A stretch of DNA of 63,992 nt, filler included, from 4 parts of 4 records of this genome joined end to end with filler, not necessarily neighbours in it; one strand, 5' to 3'; positions 32,882-44,392 are shown, numbered from the whole stretch's first letter. Notes: a model not told the origin generated them from the sequence alone. Program-made: numbers and translations.

Positions 32882-33814
32882 ATGAAAATATATTTAGATA
32901 CAGCATACATTAAAAAAAGTGAATATGCCTATTTGATTGAATCATATCCAACATATAGTTACACATTCAATGAGGAAGAAGATTGCGATATTTTAATTGG
33001 TTATTTTGGTGAAAAAAAACAAAGTTTTTTTGATCGTTTTAAACAATTGAAATGGATTATATTGATTTCTTCTGGCTATAATCATTTAGAACTTAATTAT
33101 TTAAAGAATCGTGGCATAACTGTGACAAACGCAAAAGGTATTTATGGTATATCTATATCAGAAGATGTTGTTTCAAAAATGTTATATTTTGATAAAAATA
33201 TATATAAGTATCGTCATAATCAAAAAAATCATTTATGGCAAGAAGAAAATCCACATTATGAGATGTATCAACAACAAGCACTGATTCTAGGAACTGGGTC
33301 TATAGGTGTTGAAGTTGCAAAACGTTTAAAAGGTTTTGATATGGAAGTTGTTGGTTATAAGAGAACTCATGAAAAAGTTAAATATTTTGATAAAATTGTA
33401 AGTGATAAGAAAACACTTAATCAGTATTATCAATCATGTGATTACTTAATTATTACATTACCTTCAAATCAACATACCAGACATATGATAAATCGAAATG
33501 TTTTTAATCAATTGAAATCAAGTGTGCTACTTATCAATATTGGTAGAGGAGATATTATCCATCAAGAAGATTTAGTGATTGCGCTTCGTGAAGGCAAATT
33601 AAGGGGTGCAGCACTTGATGTTGTAACACCAGAACCATTACCAAAAGATCATCCTTTATGGGATATGGAGCAAGTTTTAATCACACCACATAGCTCATCA
33701 CTATCCCCTAGATTACAAAGAAGAAGATTAGACATGATTATCGATTTATTCAATCAATATGAACAAGGAAAGAGTTTATATAATATTGTTTTAGAAGGTG
33801 ATTTGGATGCATAA
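32882..33814 (+). CDS. D-isomer-specific 2-hydroxyacid dehydrogenase
   Basis: GTGSIG, INIGRG, ALDV..PEPL, ITPH. Confidence 0.9.
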   Translation: MKIYLDTAYIKKSEYAYLIESYPTYSYTFNEEEDCDILIGYFGEKKQSFFDRFKQLKWIILISSGYNHLELNYLKNRGITVTNAKGIYGISISEDVVSKMLYFDKNIYKYRHNQKNHLWQEENPHYEMYQQQALILGTGSIGVEVAKRLKGFDMEVVGYKRTHEKVKYFDKIVSDKKTLNQYYQSCDYLIITLPSNQHTRHMINRNVFNQLKSSVLLINIGRGDIIHQEDLVIALREGKLRGAALDVVTPEPLPKDHPLWDMEQVLITPHSSSLSPRLQRRRLDMIIDLFNQYEQGKSLYNIVLEGDLDA

Positions 33815-34700
33815 AAAAATGCAAAGCATAGCAATTATTGCAATTTTATATGGTATTGGTGCATTTCTAGCACATGATATCTATACGTTATCACTTGCTG
33901 ATACATTTGTGATGAATTTACTTATTGCAGATATTGCATATACATTATGGATTTTTATATGTAGCCTTATTTTACGTAATGCAAGTTTATATGATCCATA
34001 TTGGAGTGTCATACCCCCGATGTTCTTAATTTTTACGTATATAGAGTTTCCGGAACTTCGTACACTACCACATGTATTGATGATTGCAGCGATAGTATTT
34101 TGGAGTGTTAGACTTACATATAATTGGGCAAAACTATGGACAGGTTTTGAACACATGGATTGGCGTTATGTTAATTTTAAAAAGAAATATCCCAAGTTAT
34201 ATATATTGATTAATCTATTTGGTATTCAGCTGATGCCAACGCTTATGGTATTTGCGCAGATATCAGTTGGTATTGCATTTATGTTTTTAAATGCATCATT
34301 ATCGCTTGGATTTATCATAGGTTTTCTAGTAATTATAACGGCAGTCGTTATTCAATATGCCTCTGATAGTCAAATGCAAGCATTCAAAAAAGAGAATAAA
34401 GATAGAACAAAATGTATTGATAGAGGGTTATGGCAGTATTCAAGACATCCAAACTATTTAGGGGAAATTATGGTTTGGGTAGGTTTATATATGATTTATA
34501 TCAGTGCAGCAAAAACTATCGACTTATATGTGTTAGCACCGATTGCTATGTTTCTATTGTTTTATTATATTAGTATTCCTTTAATGGAACAAAAAATCTT
34601 AGCAACGCGTCCAGCTTATAAATATGATCAAATGCGTATTTCAAAATTATTGATTTTACCGCAAAAGCAAATCAAAGAAGAAGCATTTGACAAATCTTAA
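33807..34700 (+). CDS. DUF1295 (steroid 5-alpha reductase-like) membrane protein
   Basis: YDPYWS, DWRY, GLWQYSRHPNYLGE. Confidence 0.88.
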   Translation: MHKKMQSIAIIAILYGIGAFLAHDIYTLSLADTFVMNLLIADIAYTLWIFICSLILRNASLYDPYWSVIPPMFLIFTYIEFPELRTLPHVLMIAAIVFWSVRLTYNWAKLWTGFEHMDWRYVNFKKKYPKLYILINLFGIQLMPTLMVFAQISVGIAFMFLNASLSLGFIIGFLVIITAVVIQYASDSQMQAFKKENKDRTKCIDRGLWQYSRHPNYLGEIMVWVGLYMIYISAAKTIDLYVLAPIAMFLLFYYISIPLMEQKILATRPAYKYDQMRISKLLILPQKQIKEEAFDKS

Positions 34701-34720
34701 AAAAAGATATAATAATCACA

Positions 34721-34778
34721 GGGAATGAACGTCTCCCTAAGTCTTATGACTTAAACCGCGACAGCTAATGACTTCTAC
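34721..34778 (+). ncRNA. Fluoride riboswitch (crcB motif)
   Basis: GGGAAUGAAC..CUCCC...UAAACCGC...GCUAAUGACUUCUAC matches the fluoride aptamer; TTGACA/TATAAT upstream. Confidence 0.85.
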
Positions 34779-34806
34779 AACATTTTTTGTTGTAGAATTT
34801 TTTTTT
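34773..34806 (+). terminator. Riboswitch expression-platform terminator
   Basis: TTCTACAACA...TGTTGTAGAA plus T-run; the 5' arm overlaps the aptamer 3' end. Confidence 0.8.
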
Positions 34807-34816
34807 GGAGGATATT

Positions 34817-36007
34817 ATGTTATTAAGTTTAGCTATCATTGTTTTTACAAGTTTACTCATGACAGCCATTTTTAAGAAGTTGGGACTACCTGGCATATTA
34901 GGGATGTTATTATCTGGCATGATTTTAGGACCTTATGCCATAGATGTCATTGATGGCAGTATTTTAGGTATTTCAGCAGAACTACGAGAGATTGCATTAA
35001 TAGTCATATTAATAAGAGCAGGATTATCGCTTGATTTAAAAGATTTAAAAAAAGTTGGCCGTCCTGCCATGCTACTATCATTTCTTCCAGCTACGATTGA
35101 AATTATAGCTATCACATTGATAGCACCATTATTATTTGATATATCTTATATATCTGCGATGACCATGGGGACTATTGTGGCTGCGGTGTCACCTGCAGTT
35201 GTTGTACCACGCATGATTCATTTGATTCATCAAGGTTATGGGAAACATAAACAAGTACCACAAATGATATTAGCAGCAGCATCAATTGATGATGTATATG
35301 CGATTATTTTGTTTTATGCAACGATTCAATATCAACAAGGGCAAGATTTAAGTTTTATGACATTTTTAAACATCCCAATTTCGATTATATTAGGAATTAT
35401 ACTCGGTTTAATTGCTGGTTATGGATTAGTATTATTTTTCAAAAATGTACACATACGAGATACAGTAAAAATACTTATTATATTTAGCGTAGGTTTTTTA
35501 TTATTAGCAGTTGAAGATGCATTGCAAGGTACATTAGCTATTAGTGGTTTGTTAGCAGTGATGTCTATGGCAATCATGACAAATAGAATATATATTGAAC
35601 TTGCGAACAGACTTATTGTTAGATTTGAAAAAATTTGGGTTGTTGCAGAAATGTTACTTTTTGTATTAGTCGGTGCACTTGTTGATGTTTCTGTACTTTT
35701 AAATGTTGGACTTAAAGCAATTATTTTAATTATGATTTCTTTAGTTTTTAGAATGTTTGCTGTATACGTATCAACATTGAAAACAAATTTAAATACCAAA
35801 GAAAAACTATATGCAGGATTTTCATATTTACCAAAAGCCACCGTACAAGCTGCAATTGGTGCTATACCTTTATCACTCGGACTTGCACATGGGGAGCTCA
35901 TTTTAATGGTATCAGTTTTAGCAATTGTTATCACAGCACCATTAGGTGCGATTCTCATGGATAAAACCTATAATAAATTTTTAACAACCGATATTGCTAA
36001 ATCATAA
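34817..36007 (+). CDS. Cation:proton antiporter (CPA/NhaP-like)
   Basis: ALIVILIRAGL, AVSPAVVVP, ASIDDV, PKATVQAA. Confidence 0.9.
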   Translation: MLLSLAIIVFTSLLMTAIFKKLGLPGILGMLLSGMILGPYAIDVIDGSILGISAELREIALIVILIRAGLSLDLKDLKKVGRPAMLLSFLPATIEIIAITLIAPLLFDISYISAMTMGTIVAAVSPAVVVPRMIHLIHQGYGKHKQVPQMILAAASIDDVYAIILFYATIQYQQGQDLSFMTFLNIPISIILGIILGLIAGYGLVLFFKNVHIRDTVKILIIFSVGFLLLAVEDALQGTLAISGLLAVMSMAIMTNRIYIELANRLIVRFEKIWVVAEMLLFVLVGALVDVSVLLNVGLKAIILIMISLVFRMFAVYVSTLKTNLNTKEKLYAGFSYLPKATVQAAIGAIPLSLGLAHGELILMVSVLAIVITAPLGAILMDKTYNKFLTTDIAKS

Positions 36008-36108
36008 TCTATATATAAATATATAGCATTTATTAAACATATATTTTGAGTTTTATTGAAATAGTGTTAAAATATGTAAGATATTAAATATTGTTTTCAA
36101 AAGGAGCA

Positions 36109-36531
36109 ATGATGAAAAGAAATAAATTTGTAGTTGTTGGATCTGGCCGTTTAGGCTCTAATATCGCAACAAAAATGTCAGAAAAAGGTGAAGATGTCAT
36201 TATTATTGATGCAACTGATGATTCATTTAGAAAACTGCAAGAAAGTTTTTCTGGTTATCAAGTTGTTGGTGATGCCACTGATTTATCTGTATTAGACAAT
36301 GCTTTTATTAAACAAGCAAAAACTGCAGTGATTGCAACCGATCAAGATAATGTCAATATCTTTTTAGCACATGTTTGTTATTACGTTTATAATGTACCTA
36401 AAATCTTTGTGCGTATTTCTGATACTGACAAAGGTAAGTTACTAAGTGGTACTAACATAAAAGCAATTTATCCATTTAATTTATCATTAGATGCATTCCA
36501 TGACTTAAACGAGAGTGAGGAAGAAGAATGA
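36109..36531 (+). CDS. trkA: TrkA-N (RCK_N) K+ uptake protein
   Basis: VVVGSGRLG, GDATD, ATDQDNVN. Confidence 0.8.
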   Translation: MMKRNKFVVVGSGRLGSNIATKMSEKGEDVIIIDATDDSFRKLQESFSGYQVVGDATDLSVLDNAFIKQAKTAVIATDQDNVNIFLAHVCYYVYNVPKIFVRISDTDKGKLLSGTNIKAIYPFNLSLDAFHDLNESEEEE

Positions 36532-37184
36532 AAATAGTGATTACAGGTGGTAAGCATGAATCAGATTATATTATTAGCATGCTTAAAAAAGAAAATCATC
36601 AATTAATTGTCATTAACGATGATGAAGGATTTGCAGAATATATTAGTAGTCATAATGATATTGATGTTTTTCCTGGAGACCCTTCAAAAGCTTATGTGTT
36701 ACAAGATGCAGAAGCACAAAATGCTGACGTGTTATTAGCTTTATCAGATAATGACACAAACAATTATGTAACTTGTGTTACAGCAAAAAAATTGTTTAAT
36801 ATTAAAAAAACTGTGTCTAAAGTTAAAAATCCTAAAAATGTTGAATTATTTAAAAAACTAGGGATTGATTCTGTCATCTCATCAACATATTTAATTGCAA
36901 AAACAATACTAAATGAGTCATCAATTGAAAACATGATTAAGAATTTTGCGATTGAAGATGAAAAGATTGTCATGCTTGAAGTACCGATTAAAAAAGAATA
37001 TGTGATTGTGAATAAAGAAATTCAAGACATTCATTTTCCAAATAATATGAATATTAGTTGTATTTTTAGAGACCCTCATGTCATTATTCCTCATGGACAA
37101 ACAAAAATTTTAGAAGATGATAATCTAATTATTGTAACAACCCCTGAGGAACAAGATAAACTGATTGAATTTATTCAAAAGAAA
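36528..37184 (+). CDS. trkA: TrkA-family RCK_N/RCK_C protein (3' end at the contig edge)
   Basis: RCK_N followed by RCK_C (IIPHGQTKILEDD). Confidence 0.8.
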
Positions 37185-37284
37185 NNNNNNNNNNNNNNNN
37201 NNNNNNNNNNNNNNNNNNNNNNNNNNNNTTAATTAATTAANNNNNNNNNNNNNNNNNNNNNNNNNNNNNNNNNNNNNNNNNNNN
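37185..37284. other. Artificial contig spacer
   Basis: N-run with TTAATTAATTAA. Confidence 0.98.
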
Positions 37285-37301
37285 AAAAAATCCTGATCCT
37301 G

Positions 37302-38570
37302 TTAAAATATTGTTCCTAATAGCCCTTTAATGCCACTCCCGCACATATACAGGGAAAAAACGAGTATTAAAGCAAGTATAATATTCGTGCCTTTTTTATT
37401 AACATACTCACCCATGACATCCTTTCGATTGCCAAGATAGAAAATACACAAAACAGTAGCCGGTAACAAAAGCGAACCAAACGCCTGAGAGGCAATCATA
37501 ACAATCACGGGTTTTGCATGAAACAAGGGTACAATGAGTCCAAGTAAAGAAATAGCCAGAACAATGATCCGATATTTAGGCAGTGTCATATCTCTACTGG
37601 ATTGGTTATAATCACATAAAAGCCAGGGCAAAAGTATAACATTAGGAAACTGGGAAGAAACTCCGGCAGCCACAATGCCAAACACAAATATGGAGACAGC
37701 AAAGCGTCCGGCAAACGGTTCCAGCAGTTTCACCATCTGTGAAGCCTCTGTCAGCCCAACACCTTTTACATGCAATGTTCCGGCAGCTGCGGCCATAATG
37801 GAACCACTAATGAGAAACATCATTATCGTTGATAAAAGGGCGTCACGTCGTTCAAAGTGCAAATCTTTTATAGTCCAGCCAGCCTCTTTGACCAGGGTCG
37901 TCCGAACAATAAAAAGAACGGAAGCGACTGTTGTACCGACCATGGACGCAATCACCAAAAACGGGCCTTTGCCCATATCAGCCGGTATGCTGGGAATGTT
38001 GGGCACCAAACCTTTTAAAAGCTCACCGGCTGATGGTGCCAACATGATAAAATTTATGAGAAAACTGGCTGCCATAATCGCCACAATCACAGCTAAAGCA
38101 CGTTGAAAAAACTGCGTCGTTCCATTCCAGAAAATGATATAAACAAGGACAATAAAAAACAGGGCAAAAAACAGTGGATTAATCCCTCCGGTAACTATTT
38201 CTTTTGACCATTCATGGCACACGTCCACAGTAATACCCATAACACCAATCACGCTTCCACAGACAACTGTTGTCAAGGCGATCATAAAAAACAGACCTAC
38301 ACCTGGATGAATATGCTTTTTAAACGCATACAGAGCTGTTTCACCTGTTATGAGCGTATAACGACCATAGGTGACGATCATAAAATAAGTGACCAGACAG
38401 GATAGCAGAATGGTCCATAGCAATGACATGCCATAAGTAGCACCTGCCTTTGCCATGGCTGTAACACTGCCAGTACCGATATTATAGCCCAGTAAGAATA
38501 TGCCGGGTAGAAATGATTTTATTATTTTTGATAGCTTCATTTTACTCTTTGTAGGTTGTGAAATGTCCAT
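37302..38570 (-). CDS. Nramp-superfamily transporter
   Basis: PG....YNIGTGSVT....GA.YG..LLW, SMVGTT; about 11 TMs; start uncertain (38540 or 38570). Confidence 0.75.
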   Translation of the reverse strand: MDISQPTKSKMKLSKIIKSFLPGIFLLGYNIGTGSVTAMAKAGATYGMSLLWTILLSCLVTYFMIVTYGRYTLITGETALYAFKKHIHPGVGLFFMIALTTVVCGSVIGVMGITVDVCHEWSKEIVTGGINPLFFALFFIVLVYIIFWNGTTQFFQRALAVIVAIMAASFLINFIMLAPSAGELLKGLVPNIPSIPADMGKGPFLVIASMVGTTVASVLFIVRTTLVKEAGWTIKDLHFERRDALLSTIMMFLISGSIMAAAAGTLHVKGVGLTEASQMVKLLEPFAGRFAVSIFVFGIVAAGVSSQFPNVILLPWLLCDYNQSSRDMTLPKYRIIVLAISLLGLIVPLFHAKPVIVMIASQAFGSLLLPATVLCIFYLGNRKDVMGEYVNKKGTNIILALILVFSLYMCGSGIKGLLGTIF

Positions 38571-38676
38571 TTTATTAATTTTATCTGACACACTAACTTT
38601 TCTAAACATTCTAAGAGCCACATGATCTTTTGAATAGTTCCATTCAACCATTTTATCATGGAACGGATAGTTACAA

Positions 38677-39861
38677 CTATAAAGCTTTTTGCATTTTTTG
38701 TAATACACCGATAGATAAAATAAGAGCTCGTGGTAAATGAAAAGGATCTTTTACCGGCAATGCTACAGTATCTGTTATTTTGTTTCCCTTTCGGTCCAGT
38801 TTCTGTGTCCATTCGCCATATTTTTCAACAGGATAATGACTGAAAGCGTAATCATGCACCCGCTCGTACCAGTCCAGACACCAGTTTTCTCTGGAGATAT
38901 GGTAGGCAAGCAGTAAAACATAAAGCGCTTCCGTATGCGGCCACCAGAGTTTTGTGTCAGCAAATTTCCACCATGGTTTCTTTCCCTCTGCATCGCAGCC
39001 AAGGAAAAGACCGCCATACTCTTTATCCCATCCCAGTTCCAGGTGCCACTTCAGAGTATCAATCGCCTCTTTTATCCCGATATCATCTTTTTCCTTTTGC
39101 AAAATATGAATCATCATCCACATGGATTCAATAACATGACCGGGTACAACAGCGCGTCCCTGTGGAGAATCAATAAGCTTATTATCCAGGGTAACAAATT
39201 CAAACAACATTTGACGTTCCGGACGACGAAAAACCTGCATCACTTCATCGACATGAAACAAGCTGGCATCGATAATATCCTGTGAGTTTACAAAATGTCC
39301 CAACTCGTTAAAAACATTGGCAAATATCATAGAGATGCCGTGTGTTTTCACACCTGCCGGCAATTCATAGGGATCCGTTCGATAAGACCCGGGTTGAGTC
39401 AGCCTGCTTTGCACATTTTCATAGGTAGAAAGTGCCAGATCAAGAATATTTTGTTTTCCTGTGGCTCGGGCAAGTTCAGTAAGTCCTGCGATGGCAAATC
39501 CATCCGCATAAATGCTGGTAGCACCCTGAAGAGGTTTACCATTTTTATCCACACTGAACAGCCACTGTCCTTTTTCATCCCGACCATATTTACTGGCAAA
39601 ATCATATATGTGTAAAGCAATATCGAGCCATTCCTGTCTCGGTTCAATTTTATTGTACATAGCTGAAAAGACCCAAATGGCACGCATCTGTGACCACATG
39701 TATTTGTCATAACTCAATATTTTACCTTCATCGGAGATACAGGTTAAAAGTCCACCGTTTTCCTGATCTATGGCATTTTTTGTCCAAAAGGGTATCGTTC
39801 TTTCCAAAAGTTCCGATCGATATAGAGCCAACAAATCATTCATTTTAAATTTAAATGGCAT
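38677..39861 (-). CDS. AGE-family epimerase (N-acylglucosamine 2-epimerase-like)
   Basis: PFW...D...GG, K..WSQ.R..W, PGHVIESMW, KLWWPHTE, KDPFHLPR. Confidence 0.88.
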   Translation of the reverse strand: MPFKFKMNDLLALYRSELLERTIPFWTKNAIDQENGGLLTCISDEGKILSYDKYMWSQMRAIWVFSAMYNKIEPRQEWLDIALHIYDFASKYGRDEKGQWLFSVDKNGKPLQGATSIYADGFAIAGLTELARATGKQNILDLALSTYENVQSRLTQPGSYRTDPYELPAGVKTHGISMIFANVFNELGHFVNSQDIIDASLFHVDEVMQVFRRPERQMLFEFVTLDNKLIDSPQGRAVVPGHVIESMWMMIHILQKEKDDIGIKEAIDTLKWHLELGWDKEYGGLFLGCDAEGKKPWWKFADTKLWWPHTEALYVLLLAYHISRENWCLDWYERVHDYAFSHYPVEKYGEWTQKLDRKGNKITDTVALPVKDPFHLPRALILSIGVLQKMQKAL

Positions 39862-39929
39862 TGTTTTTCCGTACTATTATAAAGTTAATTTTCACTCTTT
39901 TTTTCCATTCAGCAAAATAATCCTTAAAA

Positions 39930-41214
39930 TCATGGATTATAAAGGAAAAGATGTGAGCGATACTCACTCTCTCCCATATAAATGGTTCCATCGAGACCTG
40001 TGGTCATGCAGTCAAACTGGCAGCCACGGCGGTAGTAAAACGGGCTTCTATCTACCAGTGGAAGACCGAGATTTCTAAAACTTTTATTTTTAGTATCGTA
40101 AACATATAATTGACAGGCAGTGGATGCTTTCCTTTCACCGGCTATCACATATACATCGCCATTAGAATCCACAGTGAGTGCACGCAGTCGTCGTTGCATT
40201 CTCGGTTTGCCAAGATTAAATAGTTGCATACTATCCGGGCAAAAAGAAAAAAGATACCCATCTGATGTACCTCCGTAAATGATACCTTGCTTATCCCTTG
40301 CGAAATAGTCTACTACCGGGTAATCGGACGTAAATTGTACTGGAAAAGTAATGCCGGGAATCGCGAGCCCGGTTGAAACGATCTTTTTTAATTTAGGTTC
40401 ATAATAGACCAGAACACCGTTGGTCCCGGATGTAAAAACACGTCCGGAATCATCACATACCAATGCGCGTGGCAGGCTGCATAATCCGTTCCGGGCCATG
40501 AAATACTACTTTGGAATCTATTGGTCCCAAATCAGTATATTCTTTGTTAGCAATTGTATAGATAAAGAAATGACCATCCGGATAGGTCAATCCATAAATT
40601 TCTGATTTTTCCTGATTAATCGTTAATGCATATATACCGTTGTTTGATACAGGAAGCTCCAGATCCACTGCATCACATTGCCAATCAATCAGCTTGACAT
40701 CACCATTACTTTTCTTTGGATCATAGCGATAAAGATGACCTCCGGGATAATCCTGATAGACCTTTTGGATGTCATGCAAAAGCGTTACATCTATTTCTTC
40801 ACCTTTTTGACTGGATAATTTTACAGGTTTAAGTATATTTTGACCTGTACCTATGTAAACCAAACCATTTTTATCTTCCACTAATGAATGGTGAATTCCC
40901 TGTTGGTTTTGAAATTTACCAAGATGCCGAACTTTGTTAATGGAAGGATCAAAAACAAATAAATAAGCATCTTCACCACTGGTTCCACCATATATCAAAC
41001 CACTCGAGGATGTCAAAAGTGACGTAATCGCAGAGCTGTTTGCCGGGATTCCATTAACATCGGGATACCCAAGAAATCTCATATCAAGACGATGCAACGA
41101 TTTTACATCGGATTTGGCCCAGTCCGCCTGAGAATAAACAACAGGCATCTGACAGAGAAACAAGAACAGGATAATAAAGGCTACTGATAATGTTTTATTT
41201 GTATATTTATTCAT
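39930..41214 (-). CDS. Secreted beta-propeller hypothetical protein (frameshift near 40485)
   Basis: Signal peptide, repeated G.IYGGT/LF.YDP blades; the two ORFs overlap in different frames at HGPER/SLPRAL. Confidence 0.7.
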
Positions 41215-41258
41215 TAAATCTTTTATCCTTAAAATTTTGCAGTTATTGTTTTACCAGA

Positions 41259-42602
41259 CTACTTTTTTGGTTTATACATCAGTAACTTTAATGCTGAAGG
41301 ATATTTCCCGGCAATACGCCCTGTTGCCTTTTGGGGATCATTCTCTTCAACAGCACCACAAAAATAGATTGTTCCATCAGGCCCACAGGAGGCTGCTTCA
41401 CAGCCAAAAACATGGCGACCGTCTATGGTTTGTAAAATGCCGGGATCTTCACGCAGATTCGTTTTTAGATTAAAGGCAATCAGAGAAGCTGTCGGTTTTT
41501 CAGCCTCTTCGCCATAGGTCTCAAAAGCAGCGCCATAATCAAAGTGGCGATTAGAGGGTATAAAATAGATTTTTCGGTCCTTACCGATTGTTAACGCAAG
41601 TGTGGAATATGGAATATCTTTACGTCCGGATGTCAGAAATTGAGAGGGACACATTTTTCCAAGATCTGTCATTTCGCCCTCTTCGCCGACATGCGGATTG
41701 TATCTGAACAGGATAGAACCACTGCCGCATGTGATACCATAAATAACCTTATCCACGGGATCCCATAACACACAACGCCACTCGGTTGTGCGATCAATCA
41801 TTGGATTTTTTAGCTGGGCCGGAAATATCGTTGGATCGTAGGGCATTCTCAGTTTCAAATCCGACAATTTTTCACTTGCCGATTCATATTTCCAGATTCT
41901 GGCTGTCGGGAAACTGCCATACACATTTCCCATATCATCTGCGACGATGCTGCGACAGACATCCCAATTAGCGACATGTCCCAGGTTTTCACAAGTTCCT
42001 TTATTGATATCAAATCGATATAAATAACTGGTAAATCCCAATCCATAAAGAATATTTCGTTTTTTGTCAATCGTCGTACAATAAAGACCAACGCCATCAT
42101 CGATGAGGCCGAGATTTTCCAGTTTATCTTCACGTGGATTGTAACGCGTCAACTGTGCGCCACGCCAGCTGGTAAAATCGATGTTGCGTGGCCCACTGCC
42201 GTTACTCATGGTGACAAAATAAATATTACCCTCACTATCTTCTAATGGCGCATTATGTATCTTGCCGGAAGCACGTATGCCTTTGCCTCTTTCACCGTGA
42301 AATTCTGCCATATCAACTATACAGCGCAATTTATCTGCCGCCGGATCGTATTCATAAAAGTGGGCACTTTCACCTTCCGTGCACAAACCAACGTACACTT
42401 TACCACTTTTGGCTGCATATAACCCACCCCACATAACCGGATCCCGGCCGGGGAAATCCCTGGCCTCTACTTTGCAGATTTTTTCTGTTGTTTGAGACAC
42501 ACCCACGCTACTCATAATGAATAGCATCAAAAGCAGATATGTCCAAAAAAGGAAAAAGTTTAAATTTTGTAATTTTTGTTTCGTCAAGATTTTATTTCCC
42601 AT
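41259..42602 (-). CDS. Secreted beta-propeller hypothetical protein
   Basis: Signal peptide, G.VY.G / YDP blade motifs; similar in style to the neighbouring gene. Confidence 0.7.
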   Translation of the reverse strand: MGNKILTKQKLQNLNFFLFWTYLLLMLFIMSSVGVSQTTEKICKVEARDFPGRDPVMWGGLYAAKSGKVYVGLCTEGESAHFYEYDPAADKLRCIVDMAEFHGERGKGIRASGKIHNAPLEDSEGNIYFVTMSNGSGPRNIDFTSWRGAQLTRYNPREDKLENLGLIDDGVGLYCTTIDKKRNILYGLGFTSYLYRFDINKGTCENLGHVANWDVCRSIVADDMGNVYGSFPTARIWKYESASEKLSDLKLRMPYDPTIFPAQLKNPMIDRTTEWRCVLWDPVDKVIYGITCGSGSILFRYNPHVGEEGEMTDLGKMCPSQFLTSGRKDIPYSTLALTIGKDRKIYFIPSNRHFDYGAAFETYGEEAEKPTASLIAFNLKTNLREDPGILQTIDGRHVFGCEAASCGPDGTIYFCGAVEENDPQKATGRIAGKYPSALKLLMYKPKK

Positions 42603-42739
42603 ATTGTTAATGTTTTTACTGTTATTTAATTATTAATCAGTTTTTGTCCGGTTAAAACCACACAACTGTACTATCTGCAACTTTTAATCTTTGAGTATTT
42701 TTTGTCAATTTCTGATAGCACATTCTTCTTCACAATTAA

Positions 42740-44323
42740 TTATTTGACCAGGATCATTTTCCTTACCTGGCTGAAAGACTCGGTTTGCAATTTATAGAAA
42801 TAAACTCCAGCTGCCAGCGGATTTCCACCTTTATCAAGAGCAGTCCAGTTTAGGGAATAATGTCCAGCTGTTTGTTTCTCGTTAACCAAATCGGTAACAA
42901 CTCGTCCCAACATATCATAGACGAGCAAACGTACTGTAGCTGGTTTTTGCAGCGAATAATGAATCGATGTTGAAGGATTAAAAGGATTAGGATAATTTTG
43001 TGCCAACTTGTATTCAGGATTTTTAGGATGCTCCCAATTACCTACTTTGGTAGATGTGTCATATTGTATCAATACCATAATACCTGGATACTCCACTTCC
43101 ATACCATGGACCATTTGTCCACCCACCAATGGCGTCTGGCCAGTTTTAATAGTATTTTCACCGGTTTTCAGTAAAGAAATATCCTGAATATTAATCCGAT
43201 GCGCGTAATATTGGTAGGTCGGTCCTTCATTATGAAATACTTTGGTATTATTGAGATAGATACCATACATATAACCGGGACTCCAGCTTGCCCAGACAAA
43301 CTGGCAAGCTTTAGCTTTTTGCACATCCCCAGCCACCTGGAATTTTTCAGAAAAATCACGTTTTCGCGTTACCCAGGTTTGTGGTATCCTATAGGGTTCA
43401 CATAGCTCAACGGATAATCCATCTCGTACAAGATTTAAATCTTTTATGGATTCTGAAAATGTAATCATTCCAGTTTCATCACTAATTCTCGCTGCGATTT
43501 CCATTGGCTCATTCTGATCCGGCACCCATTCCGTATTCCAGGTCATATTAAATGGTGGGCTCTCGACAGAGCCAATATGGTGCACAAGTTCACCATGAAA
43601 AAAATGATAATGCCATTGACGATATATACCATCCCCTTCCCAATTAACATCCTTATAATTCCCGATAAAATCCACTCGAGAAATATCTCCATTGGGGCTG
43701 GAAGCATCAACTTTTAATTCAATATCGAGACCGACAGCATCTCCATTTTCCACACTGACGATCTGCCCTGTTGGATGCGGTTTTCGGCTCTGATCATAAT
43801 AAATCCGGATATGCACACCATTAATTAAATTTTGCGGCCAATTCCAGGAGTGATTTGCATTTACACGCATTTTGAATACATTATTTTCCCCTTGCTTAAG
43901 AACACTGAGAGGAACTGGAACGGTGGGATATATATGATGTTGATACAACCATTGCAGAGATGGTATATTTTCAGCTTCAGGAATATTTATCCAGTCGCTG
44001 TTATTTAAATTTATAGCCAGACCATAAGTACCATCGTGACAGAGAATTTTTTCAATATTTACTTCTGCTTTAATGGCATTTTCAAGATCGATATCATGAG
44101 GTAATAATATATCCACAGTTTCCCAATAGCCATTAACAATTTGCGTATTCCAATCAGTTATCCCCTCTCTGCCACCAACACGCAATGCCTGGCCGGCATC
44201 ACCATCTTTTTTAAACCAGCAGTACTCGCGAAAAACATCACCCGGTTGAGGTTGAGCGAAAAGCAAAGAGGTCAATAAAATCGATAAAGTATTAATATAT
44301 GTAATTACTTTTTTGGGATTCAT
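42740..44323 (-). CDS. Secreted protein with NYPNPFN C-terminal sorting domain
   Basis: Signal peptide, Ig-like segment, LAQNYPNPFNPST...RKMILVK tail. Confidence 0.75.
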   Translation of the reverse strand: MNPKKVITYINTLSILLTSLLFAQPQPGDVFREYCWFKKDGDAGQALRVGGREGITDWNTQIVNGYWETVDILLPHDIDLENAIKAEVNIEKILCHDGTYGLAINLNNSDWINIPEAENIPSLQWLYQHHIYPTVPVPLSVLKQGENNVFKMRVNANHSWNWPQNLINGVHIRIYYDQSRKPHPTGQIVSVENGDAVGLDIELKVDASSPNGDISRVDFIGNYKDVNWEGDGIYRQWHYHFFHGELVHHIGSVESPPFNMTWNTEWVPDQNEPMEIAARISDETGMITFSESIKDLNLVRDGLSVELCEPYRIPQTWVTRKRDFSEKFQVAGDVQKAKACQFVWASWSPGYMYGIYLNNTKVFHNEGPTYQYYAHRINIQDISLLKTGENTIKTGQTPLVGGQMVHGMEVEYPGIMVLIQYDTSTKVGNWEHPKNPEYKLAQNYPNPFNPSTSIHYSLQKPATVRLLVYDMLGRVVTDLVNEKQTAGHYSLNWTALDKGGNPLAAGVYFYKLQTESFSQVRKMILVK

Positions 44324-44392
44324 TAGTGTTAATTCTGTTTTGTTTTTCCTATGAGTAACTAAAAAAGAGTATTGTATTATACTAATTAAAAT

